Assembly (NCBI GenBank): GCA_003193925.1
Contig: PSPG01000001.1
Coordinates: forward strand, 96,001 to 160,000
Source: Candidatus Thalassarchaeum betae
GTDB taxonomy: Archaea > Thermoplasmatota > Poseidoniia > Poseidoniales > Thalassarchaeaceae
Direction of reading: 5' to 3'
DNA length: 64,000 nucleotides
Shown here: piece by piece, positions 45,602 to 54,219 of the stretch
How the letters are laid out: the number at the start of each line of letters is the position of its first letter
Numbering within the stretch: position 1 is the stretch's first letter
Notes under the pieces: model-generated
The model's input: only the letters and a program-made list of their open reading frames with translations
Databases searched by the model: none
Told to the model about the DNA's origin: nothing
Program-made: the position numbers and the translations under genes

Positions 45602-46279
45602 TCAGGTCTCGACCTCGACGACCGGCTCCAGCACGAGCTCGTAAGTCATCGCCGTCCAAGTGATGTCGTACTCCTCGTCGGAATCGACGATGGAGCCCAC
45701 AGGACCGGGCAGCGCGTTGATGTCAGCAGTGATGGTTGCAGCCCATGTCCCCTCTCCGAACCCACCGTCGTTCCACAGCGAACGGAGCTCCCCCTCGCTC
45801 ATGTTCTCGACAGTTATGTTCTGGCCTGTGTAGTTGTGAGTCACGTCCCACCTCATCGTGAAGCCGGAGTCGCCCCCCGAGCACGGACCGCTCGCCTCTT
45901 GGTCCTCGAACTCCCCCTCCGCCCCACTGACATCGCTGCTCCCATCGGCGCTGTCGGTGAACCCGGGTCCGGGGTCGTCGTTGTCGTTGCAGTCGACATC
46001 CAGCTCGATGTAGCCGATGTCGAGCTCGGTCGTCACGTCGAAGTAGGTGTCATGTGTGTCACCGTCACCGAGCACCTGGTGCTCCTCCATGATGATAGGA
46101 GTCTCGGAGAAGCTGACCGTCCACTTGCCAGACGGACCTGAGGAGCCGCCGCTCATCAGGTCGTCGTCGATCAATGACGGCATAATCTGGAAATAGACCG
46201 GGAAAGCAATCAGGAAAGCAACGCTGATGCTCAGAATGCGTATCTTGCGAGGGGTGTTGACAAGGTCCTCGAAGTCCAT
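45602..46279 (-). CDS. Hypothetical membrane-anchored acidic beta-rich protein
   Basis: Single N-terminal TM and a D/E/G-rich exterior domain with two Cys. Confidence 0.65.
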   Translation of the reverse strand: MDFEDLVNTPRKIRILSISVAFLIAFPVYFQIMPSLIDDDLMSGGSSGPSGKWTVSFSETPIIMEEHQVLGDGDTHDTYFDVTTELDIGYIELDVDCNDNDDPGPGFTDSADGSSDVSGAEGEFEDQEASGPCSGGDSGFTMRWDVTHNYTGQNITVENMSEGELRSLWNDGGFGEGTWAATITADINALPGPVGSIVDSDEEYDITWTAMTYELVLEPVVEVET

Positions 46280-46391
46280 TGCTGTCCCGTTTCGCGGTCA
46301 TCACCCTCCCTATCAAACACTCTCATTCTGCGATTGCGACAGATTCGTTCACGAACCCCCGGTACAACAGTCGGCTGTAAGCGGCTTCGAC

Positions 46392-47519
46392 CTAGGAGTT
46401 GTCCCCACTATCGTCATGGCCACCACCAAGCCCCCCCGCCTCTTCCCAGCACGAGTCTTCGAGGTTGCTCTCCGCCCCATCCTGCTTCAGGCACGGGTGG
46501 TGGTTGGTGAAGACGTCGAATTGGGTGAGCCACGGCTCGATGATCCATGCGTGAGTCATCCAGTAGTCGTCTAGGTGCACGTTGGTCCCATCCATGGAAT
46601 GGCACTGCTCGTCGCTGATGTCCTGGCCGACCACTTGGAAACTGGAGTTCGTGAAGCAGAGCACCTCGTGGACATGCCACCAGTCGTTGCCACCAGGGAA
46701 CCCGGCCGGTGGATTCTCTGAATCAGTCCTCACGTACCATGCGAACCCAACTAGCACTGCATCCTGTGCGCTGCTGGCGTACATCAGGAACTCAGGTCGT
46801 TCGAAATCGAAATCCTCGTCCATCCTAGTGCCGGGGAACTCTGGGTTGAGGGGGTCGAAGCCGTCGGGCTCCATCGAGAAGCCCTCGAGCCTGATGTGAT
46901 GCGTGCCCATGCCCTTGACGTAGTCCACAGCCATGTGGAAACCGTCCGCTTCGGCATCGGCGACTGTGGGCCACTGCATCGCCCACTCGATAGCAGCCTC
47001 GAACTGCTCTGAAAGGTCGAGACAGTCCTGCCATGACAGCATCCCCTTCGTCATACCGTGATAGGCAGGGGCGAGGTGGTCGCCGTGCTCTTGACCATCG
47101 CCGTGACCGGTGCCCATCGAGTGGCACCACCATGGGCGCATCGACATGTCGACCTCGACATCCGCGCAGCCGTCACTGGCCGCTGTCTCGTTAGCAGGAG
47201 TCGATGGGCAGGAGTCGTCCGCGTCGACGAGACCGTCACCGTCACTGTCCCTCTCAGTAGCGCCACAGCCAGATCCGTCCACAACTTCACTGACCGGGGT
47301 CGTGGCGCATTCATCGATGGCGTCTGAGACGCTGTCACCATCCCCATCTAGCTGAGTTGCCGAGCAACCGTCCTCGTCGACCAGTTCCTCAATTGGGGTC
47401 AGAGAGCACAGGTCGAGCTCGTCGGTGACGCCGTCATCGTCCTTGTCGGGAGGTCCGACGCAGCCGGCTAGCGAGCCGCACAGCAGTAGCAGGGCCATCA
47501 GCGCGGCTCGGAGACTCAT
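46392..47519 (-). CDS. Lipoprotein with thrombospondin type-3-like Ca-binding repeats and a His-rich C-terminal domain
   Basis: Lipobox LAGC, three DxDxDGVxDxxDxCxxTP repeats, and MGTHH, WHVH and WMTHAW motifs. Confidence 0.75.
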   Translation of the reverse strand: MSLRAALMALLLLCGSLAGCVGPPDKDDDGVTDELDLCSLTPIEELVDEDGCSATQLDGDGDSVSDAIDECATTPVSEVVDGSGCGATERDSDGDGLVDADDSCPSTPANETAASDGCADVEVDMSMRPWWCHSMGTGHGDGQEHGDHLAPAYHGMTKGMLSWQDCLDLSEQFEAAIEWAMQWPTVADAEADGFHMAVDYVKGMGTHHIRLEGFSMEPDGFDPLNPEFPGTRMDEDFDFERPEFLMYASSAQDAVLVGFAWYVRTDSENPPAGFPGGNDWWHVHEVLCFTNSSFQVVGQDISDEQCHSMDGTNVHLDDYWMTHAWIIEPWLTQFDVFTNHHPCLKQDGAESNLEDSCWEEAGGLGGGHDDSGDNS

Positions 47520-47552
47520 GCTGGGAAGAAGACTCGATGGGTGATAAATCCA

Positions 47553-48056
47553 TCATGCGCGCGACCCGCCGCCCTGCCAATTGTCGATATCGATTCTCTC
47601 GCCCCGGAAAAGCACTCTGGAGCGACGGAACTCAGGCAGGAAATAACCGATCATCGAACGCTCACCGAAGCTCCACTTCCAAGGACAGCGAGGCAGCGAA
47701 TCGCTCCACTCCCTCAACAGAGAAGTCCAGCTCTCGCCCTCTAGTTGACGGGGGACCTCGAAGGAGACCGTCGAGAGCCTGCCGGCTGAGCCAGGAATGT
47801 AGGACCAGGAGCGTATCGAGAGCCCAACGGCCTCACCGTCGTCCACAACTAAGCCGAGCACCCTTGCCTGCCTCGATAGGGGGACCACGATCGCCCATCT
47901 GTGAACCATCCTTGACTCTTCGATTCGGTGCATGCTCCAGCCGCGCGACTCACCGATCAGCCGCAGAGCGCGGATGGCATCGGTAGGGGCGATGCTGACA
48001 GGAATCTCAAGCAGGCGGCTCGGCGCCATCGAGATACCCTCTAGGCTCTCGCCCAT
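47553..48056 (-). CDS. Hypothetical protein
   Basis: 167-aa ORF filling the gap between rpl12 and the lipoprotein on the same strand. No motif recognised. Confidence 0.55.
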   Translation of the reverse strand: MGESLEGISMAPSRLLEIPVSIAPTDAIRALRLIGESRGWSMHRIEESRMVHRWAIVVPLSRQARVLGLVVDDGEAVGLSIRSWSYIPGSAGRLSTVSFEVPRQLEGESWTSLLREWSDSLPRCPWKWSFGERSMIGYFLPEFRRSRVLFRGERIDIDNWQGGGSRA

Positions 48057-48088
48057 AGCGGCTTCGCGTAAGTCGTGTCTGTGCGGGT

Positions 48089-48406
48089 TCAGCCGAAGAG
48101 CGAGCCGAGGCCCTCGAAGCCCCCGCCCTCTTCCTCAGGCTCTTCCTCTGCAGCCGCTTCCTCAACCGGAGCCGCCTCAGCAGCCCCACCGCCACCAGCG
48201 GCGGCAGGTGCGGCTGAAGCCACCGGGGCTGCCACGGCGGTAGCCATGGCCTCACCAATGTCGACAGAGCCCAAGGATGCGATCAGAGCCTTTACACGGG
48301 CTCCGTCAGCATCCACCCCAGCGGCGGTCAAGACCGCGCTGACAGCGTCTTCGTCGATGTTCTTCTCAGCAGAGTGCAGTAGCATTGCAGCATATACATA
48401 TTTCAT
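48089..48406 (-). CDS. rpl12: 50S ribosomal stalk protein P1 (L12p)
   Basis: MKYVYAAMLLH, Ala-rich hinge, C-terminal GLGSLFG. SD AGGTGA. Confidence 0.96.
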   Translation of the reverse strand: MKYVYAAMLLHSAEKNIDEDAVSAVLTAAGVDADGARVKALIASLGSVDIGEAMATAVAAPVASAAPAAAGGGGAAEAAPVEEAAAEEEPEEEGGGFEGLGSLFG

Positions 48407-48459
48407 TTTTTTTCACCTTTCCTTCAACCGAAGAGATCGCCCAGTCCGTAGAACCCGGC

Positions 48460-49407
48460 TCACTCCTCTTCCTCCTCTTCCTCCTCGGGAGGCGCCTCAG
48501 CACCAGCATCCAAGTCAGCCGCATCGGAGGCGGCGGCGTCAGCGCCCTCGAGCGCTGAGGAATCTAATTGGCCAGCGATGGCCAGAGCACGGGCGCTCGC
48601 CCGCGCGACGAGCATGGAAGCGGTTTCGTCGTTGACGACTCCGGCTTCGATGGCCACTGCCATGGCCTCGCTGCTGGCCTTGGACAGCAGGGCGGGCACG
48701 GTGGCAGTGGAGAACCAGCGAGTGTTGCACGCTAGGTTGAAGGCACCCGAGGTCGCTGTCATGACATCGTTTCGGAAGCCTTCGAAATCGAGTTTGAGCG
48801 AGGAGGCTGGGAACACGAAGCCGCCCTCGATGGCCCCGGTCAGGATGAGCCCGATCTCGATTGGTGTGATTCCCAGCTTGGCCAGCATGATACCCAGGTC
48901 ACCAGTGATTGCCTCGCCCTCGTTGACGACCGTCACGGTCCTCTGGATGGCGACCTTGCCCCTGTCTATCTTGGCTGGGATCCCGACGGCGTTGAACTCC
49001 CCGACGATGGGGCCGGGACCGAACTCGGTCGGCCCCTTCTCGACGACGATGTCTACAGGGGCCAACTCACCTTCCTTGGCAACTCGCCCCTGACGGGTCT
49101 TCTCCAGCTCGGCGAACAGCTCGAAGGCGTTCAGGGATTCCGAGTGAACTACACAAGGCTGGGCGGCGCCCTCGAACAGTTGCTCCAATTCCACCTCGGA
49201 GCGACCAGCCTGCTCCCAAGCGAGCTTGATCAGCGTCTTCTTCGCCACGGTCATCGTCATCTGGTCGCGCAGCGAGCTGCGCATGTCGAGCATATTGCCC
49301 GCAGGGACCCCGCTGATGTCCACGATGCCGACTATGCCATCGCCGCTGAGTATCTCGGCGAGCTCAGAGACGCGGTCTTTCTTCCAAGGGGCTGCCTTGG
49401 CTATCAC
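48460..49407 (-). CDS. rplP0: 50S ribosomal protein uL10 (P0)
   Basis: APWKK, VAKKTLI, AKEGELAPVDIVV..GPTEFGPGP and acidic tail. GTG 49407 overlaps the rpl1 stop (GTGA). Confidence 0.94.
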   Translation of the reverse strand: MIAKAAPWKKDRVSELAEILSGDGIVGIVDISGVPAGNMLDMRSSLRDQMTMTVAKKTLIKLAWEQAGRSEVELEQLFEGAAQPCVVHSESLNAFELFAELEKTRQGRVAKEGELAPVDIVVEKGPTEFGPGPIVGEFNAVGIPAKIDRGKVAIQRTVTVVNEGEAITGDLGIMLAKLGITPIEIGLILTGAIEGGFVFPASSLKLDFEGFRNDVMTATSGAFNLACNTRWFSTATVPALLSKASSEAMAVAIEAGVVNDETASMLVARASARALAIAGQLDSSALEGADAAASDAADLDAGAEAPPEEEEEEEE

Positions 49408-50048
49408 TCGACCACCTCCACCTTGACAGAGGGCCCCATCGAGGTCTTGACGTAGCAGGAGCGAATGTTGCCCGCACCGCGCTCCAACTTGCCTGTGACC
49501 CTGTTCCATACGGCCATTGCGTTAGCAGTCAGTTCGTCGAGACCCTGCTCGCGCGAGCCCACCGCGGTGTGGAAGGTGATTCTGTCACGCGACCTGATGA
49601 CCGCGGTGTCCTTGAGCCCCGCAGCGATCCTAGCGGGATCGAGGTTGGGAGGGACCGGGCGCGGCATCTTGCCACGCGGTCCCAGAACCACTCCGAGGAA
49701 CCGCCCGACGGTTCCCATGTGAGGGATCTCGGAGAGGAAGAAGTCGCTTTTGTTCGCGATCTTCCTAGCCATCTGGCGGTTGCCGCCGAGGTCCTCGATG
49801 GTCGCGGGGTCGATCACATCGATTCCTGCGGCCTTGGCTTTGGTGGCCATCTCGCCGCCGGCGAACATCGTGATGCGAATCGGCTTGCCCCTCCCGGAGG
49901 GCAGCCTGACTTCCTCTTGGATTCTGTTTGCGGGGTTCTTCAGGTCGACGTCCTTCAGGGTGAACGCGATTTCGATGGATTCGACGAACTTGCGCTCAGG
50001 AGATTCATCGAGCGCCCGTTGAATCGCTGTCTGGATGTTTTCCTGCAT
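49404..50048 (-). CDS. rpl1: 50S ribosomal protein uL1
   Basis: RKFVESIE, DVDLKNP, LGPRGKMPRP and YVKTSMGP. Confidence 0.97.
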   Translation of the reverse strand: MQENIQTAIQRALDESPERKFVESIEIAFTLKDVDLKNPANRIQEEVRLPSGRGKPIRITMFAGGEMATKAKAAGIDVIDPATIEDLGGNRQMARKIANKSDFFLSEIPHMGTVGRFLGVVLGPRGKMPRPVPPNLDPARIAAGLKDTAVIRSRDRITFHTAVGSREQGLDELTANAMAVWNRVTGKLERGAGNIRSCYVKTSMGPSVKVEVVE

Positions 50049-50061
50049 TTTTCCTCACCTC

Positions 50062-50090
50062 TGCGGTCAACGAGGAAACCCTCTCCCGCA
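50062..50090 (-). promoter_or_regulatory. Putative uL1-binding translational operator in the rpl1 leader
   Basis: UGCGG-GA-GAGG(GUUU)CCUC-GUUGA-CCGCA: two stems around an asymmetric GGGAG...A loop, directly 5' of SD GAGGUGA. Confidence 0.65.
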
Positions 50091-50100
50091 ACTCGTGTCC

Positions 50101-50379
50101 TCAACTGAAATGTTCGCTAAACTCTCCCTCACTCATCGCTTGCAGGGCATCCTTCGGAGTCATGCCCTCCACGTGCACTCGCATCGAGACGCAGGTGCCC
50201 ATCACCTCGCGGCACCGAGCGTACAGGTCAGCACCGGTCAGACGGTCCTTCTGATCCTCTGCGATTTCCTTGACTTGATCCATGGTCAGATTCTCCGAAG
50301 CCTCCTCCCAGGAGCCGTTGCAAGTCTTCTGCCCCAGCATCTGAATCACCTTGTGCGGTGTTTCGTTACGTGCAGACAT
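50101..50379 (-). CDS. rpl11: Ribosomal protein uL11, C-terminal rRNA-binding domain only (92 aa)
   Basis: NLTMDQVKEIA..K..L...L....REVMGTCVSMRVHVEGMTPK, in the canonical spt5-rpl11-rpl1 position. GGAGG SD before ATG 50379. Confidence 0.82.
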   Translation of the reverse strand: MSARNETPHKVIQMLGQKTCNGSWEEASENLTMDQVKEIAEDQKDRLTGADLYARCREVMGTCVSMRVHVEGMTPKDALQAMSEGEFSEHFS

Positions 50380-50465
50380 TCGTGATAGCCTCCTGTAAGT
50401 GCGCCCCGCCGACCTGCTTTCCATATTTGAGAGTGATGCAACGCCCGCAGGGCGTGCTTCTAGGG

Positions 50466-51332
50466 CTACTCCACGCGCTGAGTCACTCGAACCTGATCGG
50501 CGCGCACGGTCAGAGCCACAGGAACAGCGGCCTCAAAGAGCTCGACCGTGACTTCCTCCTTGGATTCGGTGACCCGTGTCACGCGAGCAGCCTGGCCGCG
50601 GAAAGCACCACCGTGGATCTCCACGATGCAGCCTTCCTCGATGCCGGCGGTGGCCGCCTTCGGCTCGAGGTACGGCAGGACGTCACCTAGAGGCGACTCG
50701 CCATCGAGCACCTTGCGGCAGTTCTTCATCGGCGTAGTGGACACTCCTACGCGCCCGATGAGCTTCTCGACATGGTGCAAAGCGGAGGCCTCGACGAAGA
50801 TGTAGCCGCGCATGAAGTGCGGGCTCAGGACTCCGAAGATCTGGTCTTGGATCTCCTTGAGCGAGCCGGTCCCAGAGAGTCTTGCGCGGATCTCCTTGGC
50901 GACGTTCTGCTCCTGGCCGATCGAGGTCTTGAGGATGTAGAGGAACGAGGCGACATCGCCATACATCTCACGGAGCTGCGGGGTAGCGTACTTCTTGTCT
51001 TGAATGCTGCCGGGGTCGACCCACTCGAATGCCGTGTACAGGCCTCGCGGATCGACTTCCTCGGCAGAGCTGGCGAATAGCACCGGGGTGACCTCGTTGA
51101 GGCGGTTGCCGAAGGCGAGGCCGCGAGCCTCGCCCGAGCGGACGAACTCCAGATTCTCGGCATCTATTCCGGTGACTTCGGTGATTCTGGCGGTGACGGC
51201 GTCCGCATCTTCCGGGTCGCCGACGCCGTAGATGCCATCCCAAGCCCCGGGGAAGTCTGCAACCCCGTCTGCTCGCTGCATCAGCAGGACCCTCTCCCCG
51301 TTGCGGATGAAGACAGTGAACGCGTCCGACAT
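50466..51332 (-). CDS. spt5: Transcription elongation factor Spt5 (NGN plus KOW) with an N-terminal Nudix-like domain
   Basis: NGN (KTSIGQEQNVA, GYIFVEA) and KOW (GCIVEIHGGAFRGQAARV..VTVELFEAAVPV), plus 125 extra N-terminal aa (RVLLMQR..FPGAWDGIYG..EVTGI..FEWVDP). Confidence 0.9.
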   Translation of the reverse strand: MSDAFTVFIRNGERVLLMQRADGVADFPGAWDGIYGVGDPEDADAVTARITEVTGIDAENLEFVRSGEARGLAFGNRLNEVTPVLFASSAEEVDPRGLYTAFEWVDPGSIQDKKYATPQLREMYGDVASFLYILKTSIGQEQNVAKEIRARLSGTGSLKEIQDQIFGVLSPHFMRGYIFVEASALHHVEKLIGRVGVSTTPMKNCRKVLDGESPLGDVLPYLEPKAATAGIEEGCIVEIHGGAFRGQAARVTRVTESKEEVTVELFEAAVPVALTVRADQVRVTQRVE

Positions 51333-51341
51333 GTACCCACC

Positions 51342-51608
51342 TCATGTGCCGGTGAGCCAACCGAAGAAGGACGGGAAGGCGCTGTCCATCAGCCACAGTA
51401 TCACAAATCCAATGGCGCCGAGGATGAACATCCCGATACCGCAGACTATCACGGTCTGGCGGAACTCCTGCTTCGTTGGCTTCCTAGCCATCTTGAGGAT
51501 TCGGGCGTAGGATCCGGTCTGGAGGCTTCGAACGCGTCCCTCGATCTCGTCCTGCCAGCCCTGCACGGTCTCTTCGATCGGACCGACATTGGAACTCTCG
51601 ATAGCCAT
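51342..51608 (-). CDS. secE: Protein translocase SecE/Sec61-gamma
   Basis: YARILKMARKPTKQEF plus TM GIGMFILGAIGFVI, in the ftsZ-secE-spt5 synteny. TATA-like CTTAAAT about 40 nt upstream. Confidence 0.93.
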   Translation of the reverse strand: MAIESSNVGPIEETVQGWQDEIEGRVRSLQTGSYARILKMARKPTKQEFRQTVIVCGIGMFILGAIGFVILWLMDSAFPSFFGWLTGT

Positions 51609-51662
51609 GACTAACCCTCGAAGCGACCCGGCGACCGACAGACCCCATTTAAGCACGCCGGG

Positions 51663-51680
51663 CGAGCCCTAAGGGGCTCG
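51663..51680 (-). terminator. Short hairpin downstream of ftsZ
   Basis: CGAGCCC-TAAG-GGGCTCG, a perfect 7-bp stem. Confidence 0.35.
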
Positions 51681-51700
51681 AAATCCATTGTCGACCTCAT

Positions 51701-52819
51701 TCAGTTCACGAACTCGACGGTGCGGTCCCTAAGGTTGCGCATCTGGGTGTGCAGCGCCGCACCGTGAATTTGCTCGCTCTTCACGCCGGTCAGCACGAGC
51801 AGGACCCTGATTTCGTCTCCCATCGAATCATCGGTGGTAGCACCCCAGATTATCCGAGCGTAGGGATTGATCTTGTCGCGAATCAGCTTGGCGCACTGCT
51901 CGGCGTCCCCGAGTGACAGGGTAGGCCCGCCGACGACGTTTACCAGAGCGCCGCGGGCATCGGAGATGTCGATGTCCAGAAGCGGTGATCGCAGAGCCTC
52001 CTCCGTGGCCTTCTCGGCGCTGCCTTCTCCTCTCGCCTCGCCGAGCCCGATCATCGCCACGCCGCCTCCGTTCTCCATGACGGAGCGGAGGTCCTCGAAA
52101 TCAAGGTTGACCACGCCCTCTTTGGCAATCATCTCGGAGACTCCGGCGATGCTCCTCATCAGCAGCTCATCGGCGACGCGGAATGCAGCGTCGAGGGGCA
52201 GGTCCCGTACCCCGTCGACTTCAAGCAGGCGCTCGTTGGGAAGCACGACTACCGTGTCGCACACCTCCCGCAACCTCTCCAAACCCCATTCCGCATTCTG
52301 CTTTCGCATGGCCCCCTCCGAGAGGAAGGGATAGCTCACCACAGCGATGGTCAGTGCTCCGGCTGTACGAGCCAGCCGGGCAACTACGTGGGCACTCCCT
52401 GTCCCAGTGCCACCTCCCAATCCCGCTGTGATGAATGCCAGGTCGCACCCGTCGACCTCTGTCTTGAGCGCCCGCTCCGACTCGTATGCGGCCTGCTCCC
52501 CCTTCTCAGGGTTACCGCCTGCGCCTCTGCCTCTAGCGGAGCGCCCAATCAGCACCTTGTTCTCGACGCTGACCGTCAGCAGGTGCTGGGCGTCGGTGTT
52601 GACGGCCAGACCCTTGACGTAGGTCCCGTCAAACAGCCCCTCGAGCTCGAGCCTCGCTACGGTGTTAGAGCCGCAGCCTCCGCAGCCGAACACTCGTATC
52701 TTAGGTTGCAGCGACCTGAGGAGACTCTTCAGCTCCGAATCGCTCTCCGTGCCGACCGGGGCCTTTGGTATCCCCTCGTCATCATGGAGTTCCAGAACTC
52801 TATCGATGAGGTGCTTCAC
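51701..52819 (-). CDS. ftsZ: Cell division protein FtsZ
   Basis: GCGGCGSN, NTDAQHL, GAGGNPE, GLGGGTGTG, NLDFEDL, SPLL and IIWGA. Confidence 0.97.
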   Translation of the reverse strand: MKHLIDRVLELHDDEGIPKAPVGTESDSELKSLLRSLQPKIRVFGCGGCGSNTVARLELEGLFDGTYVKGLAVNTDAQHLLTVSVENKVLIGRSARGRGAGGNPEKGEQAAYESERALKTEVDGCDLAFITAGLGGGTGTGSAHVVARLARTAGALTIAVVSYPFLSEGAMRKQNAEWGLERLREVCDTVVVLPNERLLEVDGVRDLPLDAAFRVADELLMRSIAGVSEMIAKEGVVNLDFEDLRSVMENGGGVAMIGLGEARGEGSAEKATEEALRSPLLDIDISDARGALVNVVGGPTLSLGDAEQCAKLIRDKINPYARIIWGATTDDSMGDEIRVLLVLTGVKSEQIHGAALHTQMRNLRDRTVEFVN

Positions 52820-52906
52820 GAGGTCGAGGCGAGTCGTAGAGAGGATAACCGTTACCCCCCGCCTCCGGCGGGACAGGCGTGTTTCAGCGGGTGCTCCACG
52901 AGCCCA

Positions 52907-53587
52907 CTAGCCGAGCAGTTGACTGCGAGTCTTGACGAAGCGGGAGAGGAAGGTGTAGACTCCGCCCCAGGCAGAAATCGCCAAGGCGGCGGTCATGCCG
53001 TTCAAATTGGAGTTGCCCAGCATCAGCCAGTCGGCGTAGTCGATGCCGCTGACGTCGATGCCGGCTCCGCCGGAGTATGCTTGCCAAGCGGCCGCAATCA
53101 GACAGGCGAGAGTGAGGACCAGACGGTCCGCCCGGGAGAAGCCGCCGTAGATCCGGTCGAGTCCGACAGACTGGGATTGTGTTCCCATGTAGGAGCCGAT
53201 CAGAGTCAAGACGGCGGCGACCAAGCCGGAACTCAACTCGTCGACGAAGGCGGCATTCATTCCGATGGCGATCAGGAGGCCGACGTCGACGACCCTGTCT
53301 ATCGTGTGGTCGAGGAAGTCGCCGTACGGCCCATCGACGCCCTGGTGTCGAGCCAGAGCCCCATCTAGGGCGTCGAGCACCCCGGCGAGCATGATGAGCA
53401 GAACGGCTCCGCCAATCATCGTCGCGCCATTGCCGTCGAGCCCAGCTCCGGCGAGCAGCCAGAAGGCCAAGAGTGCGACGACCAGGCTACCCCAAGTCAG
53501 AACATTGGGGTCGAGATTGCCCAGCCTCAGCACGAGGGGCTCGATTGCCTTGCTCCAAGTGCCCCTCATCTTCTCGAACATACTCAC
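52907..53587 (-). CDS. CDP-alcohol phosphatidyltransferase (archaetidyl-inositol/glycerol phosphate synthase-like)
   Basis: DPNVLT and the signature DALDGALAR..GDFLDHTIDR. Confidence 0.92.
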   Translation of the reverse strand: MSMFEKMRGTWSKAIEPLVLRLGNLDPNVLTWGSLVVALLAFWLLAGAGLDGNGATMIGGAVLLIMLAGVLDALDGALARHQGVDGPYGDFLDHTIDRVVDVGLLIAIGMNAAFVDELSSGLVAAVLTLIGSYMGTQSQSVGLDRIYGGFSRADRLVLTLACLIAAAWQAYSGGAGIDVSGIDYADWLMLGNSNLNGMTAALAISAWGGVYTFLSRFVKTRSQLLG

Positions 53588-54153
53588 TCCTCCATCAGGG
53601 CAACCCAGTCAATCACCGAGCCCGGGCTTGCTGGCTTGAAGCCATCTGCTATCCAATGCGACAGAGCAGCAACGATGGAGCCGGCATCGCTGTCCGTGCT
53701 GTCGAACTCGATCCACGGGGCATCTCCTTCGCGCTCGTTCCACGCCCCACCGAGCAACTCCCATTCCCAGTTGGCCTGCGTCTTCTCGGCCGAGTACCCC
53801 CTGCTCGCGAGCCTCTGCTCGAGGACGTCGGGCGAGCAGCGCAGCACAGCCACGGCATCGCTGGGAAGGTGGTGAGACAGGTGCCCGTCGACGATGAGTG
53901 GTTCTGCGGGTGGCGAGGACCACTCTGGGGCCAGCGAGTCGTACAATCTGTCGAGGTCGACCGGCCTGGCCCCGTCGGCTGGGTCGAGCTCGCCCAGACA
54001 GCCATGCTCCTGCGCGAGGGACTCGACTGAAACCATCGTGTATCCTCTCACCTTGAGCATCTCCGCTATGGTGCTCTTCCCAGTACCCGGGGTACCGGTG
54101 AGGGCGAGGCGAAAGCCACCTGTCACATAACCCCCGGCTGGTAAGGAAGCCAT
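53584..54153 (-). CDS. AK6/Fap7-type adenylate kinase
   Basis: LTGTPGTGKST, IVDGHLSH and LRC.P..L..RL..RGY...K...N. Start is ATG 54153 or GTG 54126. Confidence 0.88.
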   Translation of the reverse strand: MASLPAGGYVTGGFRLALTGTPGTGKSTIAEMLKVRGYTMVSVESLAQEHGCLGELDPADGARPVDLDRLYDSLAPEWSSPPAEPLIVDGHLSHHLPSDAVAVLRCSPDVLEQRLASRGYSAEKTQANWEWELLGGAWNEREGDAPWIEFDSTDSDAGSIVAALSHWIADGFKPASPGSVIDWVALMEE

Positions 54154-54219
54154 GAACGCTACGCGTCGCCGGCGCAACATTGACCTTCTCCTCCGGGCCC
54201 GCACGGGGTCGAGAGAGCC

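Noticed and set aside
49407-49509. N-terminal extension of uL10 given by the ORF track
   Set aside because: It overlaps rpl1. GTG 49407, with an upstream GGAGGTGG and GTGA coupling, is the better start.
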